Made by a program: the position numbers and the translations under genes. From a virus (taxonomy: Duplodnaviria; Heunggongvirae; Uroviricota; Caudoviricetes), in the IMG/VR virus record IMGVR_UViG_2563366963_000007: DNA of 42,685 nt; one strand, written 5' to 3'. This document shows, piece after piece, positions 27,532 to 36,487 of this stretch. The notes under the pieces were generated by a model. That model was not told the origin of the DNA. It made no database searches and saw only the letters and a list, made by a program, of their open reading frames with translations. Every line of letters begins with the position of its first letter. Positions within the stretch are counted from its first letter, which is position 1.

Positions 27532-28230
27532 TTATATTTTTCCATATTTTTTTCCGTCAAATCGAATCATGCCAGGATCAAGAAAATTAATTAAATCGAT
27601 TAACGCGTGCTGTATTCTGATTAGCCTTTCTTTATAAATTCCGATATCTCTTGTCATATTTATCACTTCATTGTTTAAATCTAAAAAAAATGGCTCATTG
27701 ATAAAGCAATTTTCCTTTGTGAAACTGCCGTAACCTATGCAATCAAATCCAGTATCTGTTGATATCAGCATCTTTTCTGCAATAGCTCTCTGCTCTCCTA
27801 TGAAAAACATAAAATACTGACCAAAGACGTCTGTTTGGATTAATGAGTTAATATTGTTCTGTAATCTAATAAACTCCCTCATTTTTTTATTTTTTTCTAG
27901 GCTAAGGTATTGAATGTCTATGCGGGCAGCTTCTGTCCATGCAAAAAACTGGGAAAAAAGAAAAACAGTATTGTTGATAACATAATCTTGTTGGCGCTTA
28001 TTCCCATTATGATAAAACTCTTCAATGAACCCCAATTCTAATATATTATAAATACGGCTTTGTAAGTCTGAAGCTGAGCGAATTAACGGTTCAATATAGT
28101 ACTGATGTTTTCTCCTTACATCCAGTGATTCATTGAGCTTGTTTATTCTATTCTGATTATAAGTAGATATAGCAATAGAGATTATAGCTATTGCACCACT
28201 AATAAAGCTTGAAATTAATGCCGTACCCAT
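27532..28230 (-). CDS. hypothetical membrane-anchored protein (orphan, low GC)
   Basis: 232-aa ORF with one N-terminal hydrophobic helix and a C-terminal domain of unknown family; strongly AT-rich codon usage. Confidence 0.5.
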   Translation of the reverse strand: MGTALISSFISGAIAIISIAISTYNQNRINKLNESLDVRRKHQYYIEPLIRSASDLQSRIYNILELGFIEEFYHNGNKRQQDYVINNTVFLFSQFFAWTEAARIDIQYLSLEKNKKMREFIRLQNNINSLIQTDVFGQYFMFFIGEQRAIAEKMLISTDTGFDCIGYGSFTKENCFINEPFFLDLNNEVINMTRDIGIYKERLIRIQHALIDLINFLDPGMIRFDGKKYGKI

Positions 28231-28793
28231 CTAAAAGTCCTTTGATTCTTGCTTGGTTAACAAAATGACATAATTTTATTTAATGCCATAACAACTTAAC
28301 AATATATCATAATATGATTATTATGGTGTAGCTTGTCGCATCTACGCTCCATTACAAACAGATGTAAGATATAACCTATATGTTTTAGCCAGCAAATTCG
28401 AAAGCATTCAAAGTAGTCTCATCGAACTCTCGAAACCCTATGTCTTCGGGTATAAAATATTTAAATCCATTTGCATAATATCGACTCATGTTTATTATAT
28501 TCTCCCCATTCACCATTAAGATTTGACATTATTTTCAACAATCGGTTATTGCAAGATTGAAATATATTTTTACTTGACACAATATTCCATGTAGCCCAGC
28601 GATTCGACTTACCCCCAACTATACGGACAATCTAAATTAAATCGATGATTTTTTGATACATTCTCCTCTCTCCATTACTTTATGTTTTTGTTCCCCAAAA
28701 ATACCTTGCTCTCTAAAAAATAATTGTTCTTTAAGTTCAAAATCGAGATCTACATGAGCGTTAGATACAAAGCTAATATGTTGAAATGTCTTT

Positions 28794-28802
28794 CCCCCCC
28801 CC
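28794..28802. repeat. homopolymeric C9 tract
   Basis: Nine consecutive C in an ORF-free AT-rich stretch. Confidence 0.8.
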
Positions 28803-29418
28803 ATAACGGCATTGTTATCTAAACTATGTTACACAAATATAATATTACCCTTTCAACGTAATCCAAGAATAAGATTAATGCCATTATATATATCATAAAT
28901 ATGATATTTTGTATATTTTTATCATTTAGCCTTGATTGTACTAGGTGTACTCTCAACGAAGTAGGGAAAGTCTGTTCCTCGCTCACAGCTGCCCTTCAGT
29001 AAGCGAAAAAATGCCTACTCGGTGCCATATACAGCCATTGTTATTAACAGCAGGGAATAATTCAAAACTGAAATTAAATATCTACCTTTTACAGTAGAAA
29101 TAGTTCCTCCAGGACACTATCCATTGCCGGGCACAATCACTCGGGGTATAACGATATAAAATATGTTCATGATAGTGCAGGTTCGTATATTAAGTTCAGC
29201 AGCGAAAACATGCCTTACAGGTTTCCGGTTTTGGGAGCGTCGTTACAGGATCCTGCGCATACCGTTCCCATCTGTTGAATTAAAGGTTTCACAGCCTTTG
29301 CCGATATCACCTTTTACCTTACCTGTGATGCGTTCAGTGCTCAGCGTTGTTTACTGTAGCTCTCGGGACTGATTACAGACCGCGTCTTAAAAACCAATCC
29401 TTACTCTAAAGGGAATTC

Positions 29419-30342
29419 ATGAGATTAAAATACTCAGTACTCTTACTCGCCATTGCCCTTACAGGCTGTGATAACAAAAAAGATGAGATCGGTTGTTCTT
29501 CGGAAATAACCCAGTCAGCTCTCATGGATTTATTAAAAAAATCTGCTTATGAAGGACTCTCTGAACAGGTCGATAAATACCCTGATGTTACTAATCAGAC
29601 CAAACGAAGCACACTGGACAAGATCAAACTAGCCATCTCTGAGATCTCCACAACATCAAGTGACACGGGCAGCACAATGAAAACTTGTGAAGGGACCGTG
29701 ACGATGACTCTATCTGCGAACGAGTACGTCCAGCTTTCAGATGCTTACAGAAAGAATTTTAATCGTAATCTCGATAAGCAAATGGAAAGCCTGTTTTTGG
29801 AGAACAACGCAAACGCCTTTTCAAAACGTATCACCTACACCGTGCAGGCGACCGACGATCAGAAAAACGTTTTTGTAAAAACCTCTACTGATAATCCGAT
29901 ATCAGTGGGCGCCGCTTTACTGACATCGCTTTCCATTATCACCCCGATCGTTGAGCAGCAGAAAATCCAGCAGGCTAAGGATGCCCAACAGAGTCAAATT
30001 GAAGCGGAACAACAGGTGCAACTCAGGGCGCAAGAACAGGCTAAGTATGAGGCGGAGAAGCAAATAGAGAGACAGGCACAACTTCAGCCGCAAAAAGCTG
30101 ACAACCTTGATCAGTCCCGAATGGCATTTGCGAATGCCGACTCTGATTTGAGTACCGTCTGGAGCAAGTTAACCCCGGCGAAGAAAAAAGATTTGCTGCC
30201 TTCTCAGCGTCAGTGGATCAAAACTAAGGATGCTATGTGCGGTAAAGTTTCAATGCAGGGAACAGATGCTGAAGTCAAGAAAATGGTCGACTGCCAGACG
30301 CAAATGACCCTTTCAAGAATCGCTTTCCTCAGAAACCAATAA
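29419..30342 (+). CDS. lipoprotein with DUF1311 / LprI-like C-terminal domain
   Basis: 307-aa ORF; signal peptide plus lipobox (LLAIALTGC); Gln-rich coiled-coil middle; C-terminal LPSQRQWIKTKDAMC...MVDCQTQMTLSRIAFLRN resembles DUF1311. Confidence 0.6.
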   Translation: MRLKYSVLLLAIALTGCDNKKDEIGCSSEITQSALMDLLKKSAYEGLSEQVDKYPDVTNQTKRSTLDKIKLAISEISTTSSDTGSTMKTCEGTVTMTLSANEYVQLSDAYRKNFNRNLDKQMESLFLENNANAFSKRITYTVQATDDQKNVFVKTSTDNPISVGAALLTSLSIITPIVEQQKIQQAKDAQQSQIEAEQQVQLRAQEQAKYEAEKQIERQAQLQPQKADNLDQSRMAFANADSDLSTVWSKLTPAKKKDLLPSQRQWIKTKDAMCGKVSMQGTDAEVKKMVDCQTQMTLSRIAFLRNQ

Positions 30343-30358
30343 CTGAAGTCTCCTTCAA

Positions 30359-30388
30359 GCTGGCGCCAGGTGTTAACCTGGTGCCAGC
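30359..30388. promoter_or_regulatory. 30-bp near-perfect palindrome after the lipoprotein gene
   Basis: GCTGGCGCCAGGT-GTTAAC-CTGGTGCCAGC, 17 nt after the stop codon; no U-tract. Confidence 0.4.
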
Positions 30389-30420
30389 TTAGTCATCAAG
30401 TGCATATGTAACTGTTTTAT

Positions 30421-30492
30421 ATGGGCGGTACTTTGACAGAGGTATTCGGTCTCGTGCTGGTCGTGGTCAAATACCTTTTTAAGCGCAAATAG
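30421..30492 (+). repeat. direct repeat copy B (orphan 3' gene fragment)
   Basis: Duplicates the last 24 codons of the 26464..27069 gene (MGGTLTEVFGLVLVVVKYLFKRK) with a stop immediately upstream in frame. Confidence 0.85.
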
Positions 30493-30516
30493 AGTATTTC
30501 CGCCCCAAACAACCTG

Positions 30517-31335
30517 TCAAAATGCTGAATTAGCAACGGATATAGCCGACTTTTTCCCCATTACCATCAATTTATCCAGTGTCATACTTCGCAGATTGTC
30601 GCTGTGGATCACCAGATACCCTGCCCGCTCAGCGATCTCTTTGAAAGCGTCAAAGGTCATCAGATGTTCGCCTTTGGCAACATGGCGCATCCCGGTCACT
30701 TTTCCATTTTTGATAGTGGTGATAAAAGAAAAATCTGGAATGGTTGGGTGATTTTCATCGAGTAGCAGGCAGTGGATGTATTCAATCGCCTCTAACATTT
30801 GCGTCTGTGACAGTTGTTCTATGTGAGAGACGGCGAAGCGTTGATGAATCATGGTGTAGGCATCGGGATACATCATGCCTTTCTTGCCGACCAGTATATT
30901 AACGGCATCACGCAAGGGAGTACGGTCATCGGTAGTTGTACTCCGCCTCTCTGGACGCTGGCTAAAATAACAATCTTCCAGCTTTTCGAAAACTTCCCAG
31001 GCCTGTTCTGTTTCCAGCATTTTGGCATGGCGAGCTGCGCCGCGTTCTGTCCAGAGAATGAGGGATCGGGTATGTTTAGCAACTGACTGACTATCTGTCA
31101 GTCTGTTTTTGAAGTCGCGTAATTCATTACCTTCCAGCTTAAAAAAATGCTTTCCTACGACAAATCTGGCGATGTTGCGCTTGAAGTTTTGCTGGATACC
31201 ATTTACTTCCGTGCCATACAAACTGGCAAGCAATTCAGTAGTGATGACGGGAAGTTGGTTATGATGTAGCGGAGAAAGGGATTCCGCAGATATTTGGACT
31301 GTCATCGCAGTGGCCTCACTTAGTGTTTTTTTCAT
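30517..31335 (-). CDS. putative antirepressor (ORF6N-domain protein)
   Basis: Start reassigned to the ATG at 31335; N-terminal LPVITTELLASLYGTEVNGIQQNFKRNIARFVVGKHFFKLEG matches the ORF6N domain of phage antirepressors as recalled. Confidence 0.5.
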   Translation of the reverse strand: MKKTLSEATAMTVQISAESLSPLHHNQLPVITTELLASLYGTEVNGIQQNFKRNIARFVVGKHFFKLEGNELRDFKNRLTDSQSVAKHTRSLILWTERGAARHAKMLETEQAWEVFEKLEDCYFSQRPERRSTTTDDRTPLRDAVNILVGKKGMMYPDAYTMIHQRFAVSHIEQLSQTQMLEAIEYIHCLLLDENHPTIPDFSFITTIKNGKVTGMRHVAKGEHLMTFDAFKEIAERAGYLVIHSDNLRSMTLDKLMVMGKKSAISVANSAF

Positions 31336-31465
31336 CACCACCAGCGACGCCAATCATCTGGTGGTGAGCTGTGCAGGGTTGGCGTAACCGGCTAAGTGAA
31401 CCCGGCGCTTCCACAGAAGCCCCCACACAGCCCACCATAATGCGAATGTGGCCGTGCCTAACACA

Positions 31466-31486
31466 TAAAAAAACCGCTAACGCGGC
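31466..31486 (-). terminator. short hairpin plus U-run
   Basis: Minus-strand RNA AGCCGC-GUUA-GCGGUU followed by UUUUUAU, between the 31578..31799 gene and the antirepressor gene. Confidence 0.35.
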
Positions 31487-31577
31487 TATGCGTCACTTAG
31501 ATATCCGGGACGCCAATCCCGGCAACCGATTTTGCGGCTGCGCGGAAACTATAGCCCCGGACTTTTTCTAAGTCAAT

Positions 31578-31799
31578 TCAATCAACTTCAAACCTCCGGT
31601 GTTCACATTCCATACACTCAACGGGAACATCATCGCGATGCAAGTCCACATATCCGACCCGCTTATACAACTCAATAATGTCCGGTAACGTGACCAGATG
31701 TTTTTCCGGTTCCAACACCTCAGCCCGGGTTACTTTGTAATCTGAAATATAGAGCACTATCCGCCCGTTCCGTGGTAACTCCAGTTTATCGCCAAACAT
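31578..31799 (-). CDS. hypothetical protein
   Basis: 73-aa ORF with ATG start preceded by GGAGGGAAAGGAC. Confidence 0.35.
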   Translation of the reverse strand: MFGDKLELPRNGRIVLYISDYKVTRAEVLEPEKHLVTLPDIIELYKRVGYVDLHRDDVPVECMECEHRRFEVD

Positions 31800-31986
31800 G
31801 TCCTTTCCCTCCGGGAAACCAATGATATTGACGATATTACACCCACAACGATTCGTTTTACGTCACTCCGCAATCACCATACATCCGTACCAATCCGTAC
31901 ATTCCCACCACAAAAACGATATTTGACAGGCACTGGTAATAGATTTTTAACGCGTGCTATTGCCTTGCGACGTATTTTCAATTCAC

Positions 31987-32211
31987 TCATACAGCCTCCC
32001 TGCTCTCAAACGGACGAATATTGGTTGGTTCTCCACACGGAATAGCCCAACCCAGCCAGGTAAATATTTTCAGGTCACACATCGCGTCATACCGTTCGCC
32101 AGGATTCACATCCACCATGCTGCAGGCAATTTCATATTGTTCACCATTATCAGTCAGTGCGATCTGGTCATTAATAAACCGGGGCACAAATGCAAGAAAA
32201 AGTTCTTTCAT
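31987..32211 (-). CDS. hypothetical protein
   Basis: 74-aa ORF in the early-right operon; overlaps the upstream gene by 4 nt. Confidence 0.35.
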   Translation of the reverse strand: MKELFLAFVPRFINDQIALTDNGEQYEIACSMVDVNPGERYDAMCDLKIFTWLGWAIPCGEPTNIRPFESREAV

Positions 32212-32519
32212 GAAATTCTCCGCTCAAAATAAACAAACTGATTCACCGCTCCGATCGGCATTTCGAGTTTTTCTGCGATATCCTGGCGATTAATACCCGA
32301 CTGATGTAATTCCCTTGCCAGCTCGATATCTTCCTGGAGGTATTTCACTGACTGGTGATAATTACCCCGCAGATACATACAGATTTTCAGCTCGCGCGCT
32401 TTTGTGCGTACCGCTGCACCGGTTCTGCCAATAAGCTGCCCTATACGTTCAACTGTCATGCTGCCCGCACATTGTTTGATGATTACGACTTCCGCACGCA
32501 CCCACCGTTTGTATTTCAT
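32208..32519 (-). CDS. putative DNA-binding protein
   Basis: 103-aa ORF with two helix-turn-helix-like segments (MTVERIGQLIGRTGAAVRTKAREL; GINRQDIAEKLEMPIGAVNQF). Confidence 0.35.
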   Translation of the reverse strand: MKYKRWVRAEVVIIKQCAGSMTVERIGQLIGRTGAAVRTKARELKICMYLRGNYHQSVKYLQEDIELARELHQSGINRQDIAEKLEMPIGAVNQFVYFERRIS

Positions 32520-32752
32520 TGTTCCATCACCCCTCTCCAGTAGTTCAGACGCTCTCTGAAAAATTCCCGGTACGTATCTGGCGTCATTCCGATTTGCTCA
32601 ATCACGCTTCCCCTCGGAATACGTTTCTCAAAGAGTTGGCGGATCAGCGCCGCCGCTCGCATGTCGTAGTGCTCTTTAAGCTGGTATTCCTGGGGCCATT
32701 TGGCGCGGTTGTGTGGTAAGCCGGGCGGCAGGTAATCTGATTGCCCGGCCAT
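32516..32752 (-). CDS. hypothetical protein
   Basis: 78-aa ORF, translationally coupled to its neighbours. Confidence 0.35.
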   Translation of the reverse strand: MAGQSDYLPPGLPHNRAKWPQEYQLKEHYDMRAAALIRQLFEKRIPRGSVIEQIGMTPDTYREFFRERLNYWRGVMEQ

Positions 32753-32753
32753 A

Positions 32754-33164
32754 TCACGCCCCTTTCTTTGCTATCGGAGTGATGGAACTCAGCAGCAGGC
32801 GGCAGCGACCAGGCGCGCCAATGCGCTGCCCGGTTATCTTGTCGTAAGTTTCATGCGGTGAGGCACACCAGGTTGTCGCTGTTTCGTGGAGTTTCACTTG
32901 CCGCTCACCATTTCTGCGAATCGCGATCCCGGTGTGCGTTTTGCCCTTACGTTTCACTGCTGGCGCTGCGGCTACGGATGCCTGACGGGCAGGCTTAGCA
33001 GGGGTTGAAAAATTGCCTGCTTTAGGTCTTGGCACAAAAACCGCGCGAGTGCGCGCACGTGGCCCGACGTTCATATTCCACAAAATGACGTCGAGATAGT
33101 TTTTACCGTCGTCTATGTGTCCTTTGTCCGACGGGTACTCTAATTTGCCTGGAGTGGTGGTCAT
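32754..33164 (-). CDS. hypothetical protein
   Basis: 136-aa ORF; ATG preceded by GAGGAAAGACCA and by a CUGACCA-loop hairpin. Confidence 0.4.
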   Translation of the reverse strand: MTTTPGKLEYPSDKGHIDDGKNYLDVILWNMNVGPRARTRAVFVPRPKAGNFSTPAKPARQASVAAAPAVKRKGKTHTGIAIRRNGERQVKLHETATTWCASPHETYDKITGQRIGAPGRCRLLLSSITPIAKKGA

Positions 33165-33184
33165 TGGTCTTTCCTCGGTTATTT

Positions 33185-33201
33185 CACGCTGGTCAGGCGT
33201 G
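33185..33201 (-). repeat. CUGACCA-loop hairpin, copy 1
   Basis: Minus-strand RNA CACGC-CUGACCA-GCGUG, immediately after the DnaB stop and 8 nt before the next gene's ribosome-binding site. Confidence 0.6.
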
Positions 33202-33202
33202 G

Positions 33203-34645
33203 TTAAAATTCATTTGTGCGAGAATTATCGCTACGGGAATAACGTTTATTTTTTTCTGAGCGGTCGTTGGTAAGGCGATAAACCTCCTCATCGCTGATAT
33301 CAATAACTGAGCCATTTTTCATCAGGGCATAGGCTGTTCCCGATGGTCCTTCGCGGTTCAGACGTAGCAACATTTCCATGAGATTTGGGTCGGCATTTTC
33401 GTTATAAACAGCATCACGATAGAGGCCAATCCAGACATCGCAATCTTGTTCGATCTGCCCGGTATCTTTACTGTCGCTCGGGTTAGGCCGCTTATCGGCA
33501 CGTTCTTCAAGCTTTCGGTTGAGTTGCGTCAGCAGGACCACAACACAATCCAGCTCTTTTGCCAGGTTCTTCAAACCGGTTGTGATATCGCCATACGCAA
33601 TATCCCTACGCTCTGCCGATTCGGTCTTCATCAGCGTCAAATAGTCAATTGCCACCAGGCCAACCGAGCCACGCATCCGTTTAACTTTTCGACATTCAGC
33701 GACAATATGCGCAAGGGTTACACCTGCCGTGCTGTCAATCATCATGTTGGATTCGGCAATCTCCCCCGCCTTTGCTATTGCGAGACTCAATTCAGATTCA
33801 TCGTTAGGGCCAAGATAAAAAATCTCCGAATTGACCTTTGCTTCCTGCGCAACCATGCGTTCAATGAGACTTCTGTCAGTCATTTCCAGGCTAAATACCA
33901 GCGTCGGCAAACGATGATTCAGAGCAAAATGCACCGCAATTTTATTAAACGCGGCTGTCTTGCCCATTTTTGGCCGGGCACCAATAACGACCAATGAACC
34001 TCTTAACGCCTGCTTTGGTGCCATTAAGCGATCAAGGCTTTCGATTCCGAGCGTTAGTCCGGCTGCATGTGCTGGATCATTGAAACGGCGCTCAAGGTCA
34101 TCTATCCAGTCATCGACGACTTCACTTGCCGGACGCAAACCGCCCTTATGCCCGGTACGGGAATGTTCGGCCACCTGCCCAATCACTTGCTGAACGGCGG
34201 TGATCCTGTCAGTAGCAGTCATATCTGCAGGCTGGATCATAATCTCCAGACAAGAATTCAACTTTTCCACGGCATAACGAAGAATGGCTTTTTCACGTAC
34301 AATTTTCGCGTAGTTGACCATTGAGGCCGGAATCGCCGCCTTACTCATTTCAGCCAGGTATGCGAATCCCCCCACGCGCTCATACAGCCCCTTCGATTCC
34401 ATCAGTTCGGTCAGTGTTATCAGGTCAGTTGGTTTATCAGCTTGAAATAATCCTTTGATCTCCCGGTAGATAACCTGATGCGCATTGATATAAAACGTTT
34501 CCGGTTTCAGTAACGCAAATACCGCATTGGTTCTGTCGTGGTCGGTATTCAGCATCAGACAGCCCAGAACAGCCTGTTCTGCGTCAACGCTGTACAGTGC
34601 AATCGCGTTATTTATCATTTGCGCGTTCTTCCTTGACCGAAACAT
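33203..34645 (-). CDS. replicative DNA helicase (DnaB family)
   Basis: 480-aa ORF with Walker A GARPKMGKT and the characteristic DnaB N- and C-terminal domain pattern. Confidence 0.85.
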   Translation of the reverse strand: MFRSRKNAQMINNAIALYSVDAEQAVLGCLMLNTDHDRTNAVFALLKPETFYINAHQVIYREIKGLFQADKPTDLITLTELMESKGLYERVGGFAYLAEMSKAAIPASMVNYAKIVREKAILRYAVEKLNSCLEIMIQPADMTATDRITAVQQVIGQVAEHSRTGHKGGLRPASEVVDDWIDDLERRFNDPAHAAGLTLGIESLDRLMAPKQALRGSLVVIGARPKMGKTAAFNKIAVHFALNHRLPTLVFSLEMTDRSLIERMVAQEAKVNSEIFYLGPNDESELSLAIAKAGEIAESNMMIDSTAGVTLAHIVAECRKVKRMRGSVGLVAIDYLTLMKTESAERRDIAYGDITTGLKNLAKELDCVVVLLTQLNRKLEERADKRPNPSDSKDTGQIEQDCDVWIGLYRDAVYNENADPNLMEMLLRLNREGPSGTAYALMKNGSVIDISDEEVYRLTNDRSEKNKRYSRSDNSRTNEF

Positions 34646-35363
34646 AGCAGCGTTCGGTAATCAGATAATCAAGATTTTTACGCCGCCAGAATCCTCCCCT
34701 GCCATTTGGCCTGTCCTCCAGCATCCAGCGACAATTGCCACCGATAAATTCCAGATAGGCCCGCCAACGGGACTCATTGAAATTGAATTTTTTCCAGAAA
34801 GTGCGAAGGTGTTTTTTTCTGCCGTCAGTGAGGATTTTCACTGGTGGCATCTCTGGCAAAATCTCGTGATAGGTATCGAGTATCACCTGATAATTTATTC
34901 TCTGGTCGGCAGGTTGTTGGGTGTCGGCGTCAGCCGATTCACCATCAGTAATAATCTCTGTAGTATTCTCTGTAAGAATGTTTGTTGGTTTTCCACGTAC
35001 AGGCCTGGTGGTTTTCCCCTCACCTGTATGTGGTTTTTCCGCATCCTTGTATGCGGACGTAAGTAGCTGGCACAACACATCATTATCGATTTTGTAGTAC
35101 AGCCTGGCAGGCAAGCCCTGTTTACGTTCCAGCAAGACGCCGAGACCACGTAGTTTTTTGCGCGCGCCCTCCTGCTCGTATCGTGAAAGCCCTGTTTCCT
35201 CTTCCCACTCATCCTGGGTTTTATATACCCAGCCGTCGTCAGTTGTTCTGTTTGTCCAGTACGTCAACTGCGACAGAAACAATGCGGCAGTCACGCCCAT
35301 TTCAAGACGGATAAAACTTCTCTGGAAGGCTATGGGTCTATCAAGTAACGGGAGGATGTTCAT
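34608..35363 (-). CDS. replication initiation protein (O-like replisome organizer)
   Basis: 251-aa ORF directly upstream of the helicase gene; N-terminus resembles phage replication-initiator N-terminal domains. Confidence 0.55.
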   Translation of the reverse strand: MNILPLLDRPIAFQRSFIRLEMGVTAALFLSQLTYWTNRTTDDGWVYKTQDEWEEETGLSRYEQEGARKKLRGLGVLLERKQGLPARLYYKIDNDVLCQLLTSAYKDAEKPHTGEGKTTRPVRGKPTNILTENTTEIITDGESADADTQQPADQRINYQVILDTYHEILPEMPPVKILTDGRKKHLRTFWKKFNFNESRWRAYLEFIGGNCRWMLEDRPNGRGGFWRRKNLDYLITERCYVSVKEERANDK

Positions 35364-35584
35364 ATGCCCAAAGCCTCTGAGAGAACGCGACAGCCAGCCT
35401 CATAGGCAGCGCCAGAGAGATTTTGCTCACGCAGTTTCGCTTTTTCTTCTTCGTACTTTTCCCATACAGAACGTGCAGCTGCGACGCGGCCATCGAATAT
35501 GGGGCGGATCTCTGCAACATGTGCCGGGCGTCCATTCAGGTGCCAGCCGTTACGCCAGGTAATGCGGTCAATATGTCTTAACAT
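35360..35584 (-). CDS. hypothetical protein
   Basis: 74-aa ORF; ATG at 35584 preceded by GAGGAAAGACCG; 4-nt overlap with the O-like gene. Confidence 0.4.
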   Translation of the reverse strand: MLRHIDRITWRNGWHLNGRPAHVAEIRPIFDGRVAAARSVWEKYEEEKAKLREQNLSGAAYEAGCRVLSEALGI

Positions 35585-35607
35585 CGGTCTTTCCTCGGTA
35601 TAAGTTA

Positions 35608-35624
35608 AACGCTGGTCAGGCGCT
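35608..35624 (-). repeat. CUGACCA-loop hairpin, copy 2
   Basis: Minus-strand RNA AGCGC-CUGACCA-GCGUU (one G-U pair), starting at the stop codon of the CII-like gene and 9 nt before the next ribosome-binding site. Confidence 0.6.
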
Positions 35625-36100
35625 CATGCATGGTGGTCTTGCGCAGTGCGTATCACTGCTCCTCGCGTCGCTACCAGCGCCGCTATTGCTTCGTCAATTT
35701 CCTGAATAGTTAACTCTGGCGCGAAGTGGAGATGTACAGCGTTAATCGCTTCCACCCCTTCTTTTGCCGCCAGCGTTGCCAGCAAAACGGGATCGCCCGG
35801 CGACTCCAGACGTGCCCGCCGTTCTGCGGGTAGCACGGCTTTCATCACACTGGCCAGCACCTGAGTTTTTCGGCGCGCCGCCGTTGTCTCGCCACGTAAC
35901 CAGCGAAAGATTTTCTGCCGATTGTTGTTGATGGCTCTCCAGTCCACGTTGCCGTCCGCGTCCTCAAATTCATGTAGTCTCAACTCATCATTGCGTCCCT
36001 GACTGAACCAGGCCCGGCAGATTTCAATCGTGACGAGTTCCTGCCCTGCCCTTGCCGCCCAGGTCAAAATCTCTTTTTGTAATTCCTCTTGGTTTTCCAT
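35624..36100 (-). CDS. putative CII-like / early regulatory protein
   Basis: 158-aa ORF in the cII position (just after cro, before replication genes); family not firmly recognised. Confidence 0.35.
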   Translation of the reverse strand: MENQEELQKEILTWAARAGQELVTIEICRAWFSQGRNDELRLHEFEDADGNVDWRAINNNRQKIFRWLRGETTAARRKTQVLASVMKAVLPAERRARLESPGDPVLLATLAAKEGVEAINAVHLHFAPELTIQEIDEAIAALVATRGAVIRTAQDHHA

Positions 36101-36158
36101 AGCGTCTCCTGTCGCTAAAAATTGATTACGCTTAATCAGATTTGGGGCTCACCAACAG

Positions 36159-36389
36159 TTAAGCTGCTTCCGTTTTAGGCAAGCTGTCATCTGGGTTTGG
36201 GTAAAGATCCGGTCTAAGATCATGAGGGGTCACGCGCCATTCAAGAGCTTCAGATGTGCGCAAAACCTCTTCACCGGGAACCCGTCCTTTGAACCAGAGG
36301 CTTACCGTTTGTGGTTTTTTCCCTAATCGCCGCCCTAACTCGGATTGACTCATTACGGAAAGAATTTTGTCTTGCAGTTGTTTATCCAT
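36159..36389 (-). CDS. Cro-like repressor (HTH)
   Basis: Start reassigned to the ATG at 36389 with AAGGAG 5 nt upstream; MDKQLQDKILSVMSQSELGRRLGKKPQTVSLWFKG is a Cro/YdaS-type helix-turn-helix; divergent from the CI gene. Confidence 0.65.
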   Translation of the reverse strand: MDKQLQDKILSVMSQSELGRRLGKKPQTVSLWFKGRVPGEEVLRTSEALEWRVTPHDLRPDLYPNPDDSLPKTEAA

Positions 36390-36410
36390 ATGGACTCCTT
36401 GTGTCCGCGT

Positions 36411-36480
36411 CATCATTACAAACAATAACTGTAATTACAAATTATATTTGCAATGCTCCCTACAATTAAACCTTGTATCC
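36411..36480. promoter_or_regulatory. right operator region with divergent promoters
   Basis: Repeated ATTACAA half-sites: ATTACA-N9-TGTAAT (36415-36435), ATTACAAAT-TAT-ATTTGCAAT (36434-36454), TACAA-N7-TTGTA (36461-36478). Minus-strand TATAAT at 36441-36446 and plus-strand TACAAT at 36461-36466. Confidence 0.55.
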
Positions 36481-36487
36481 TTACGGT

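Noticed and set aside
29163-29372. 69-aa plus-strand ORF upstream of the lipoprotein gene
   Set aside because: No ribosome-binding site and a hydrophobic low-complexity product; more likely a remnant or promoter region.
31371-31571. 66-aa plus-strand ORF upstream of the antirepressor
   Set aside because: Overlaps a minus-strand terminator hairpin and the probable antirepressor promoter; no ribosome-binding site; opposite to all neighbours.
33446-34324. Plus-strand ORFs of 77-183 aa
   Set aside because: Antisense to the DnaB-type helicase gene.
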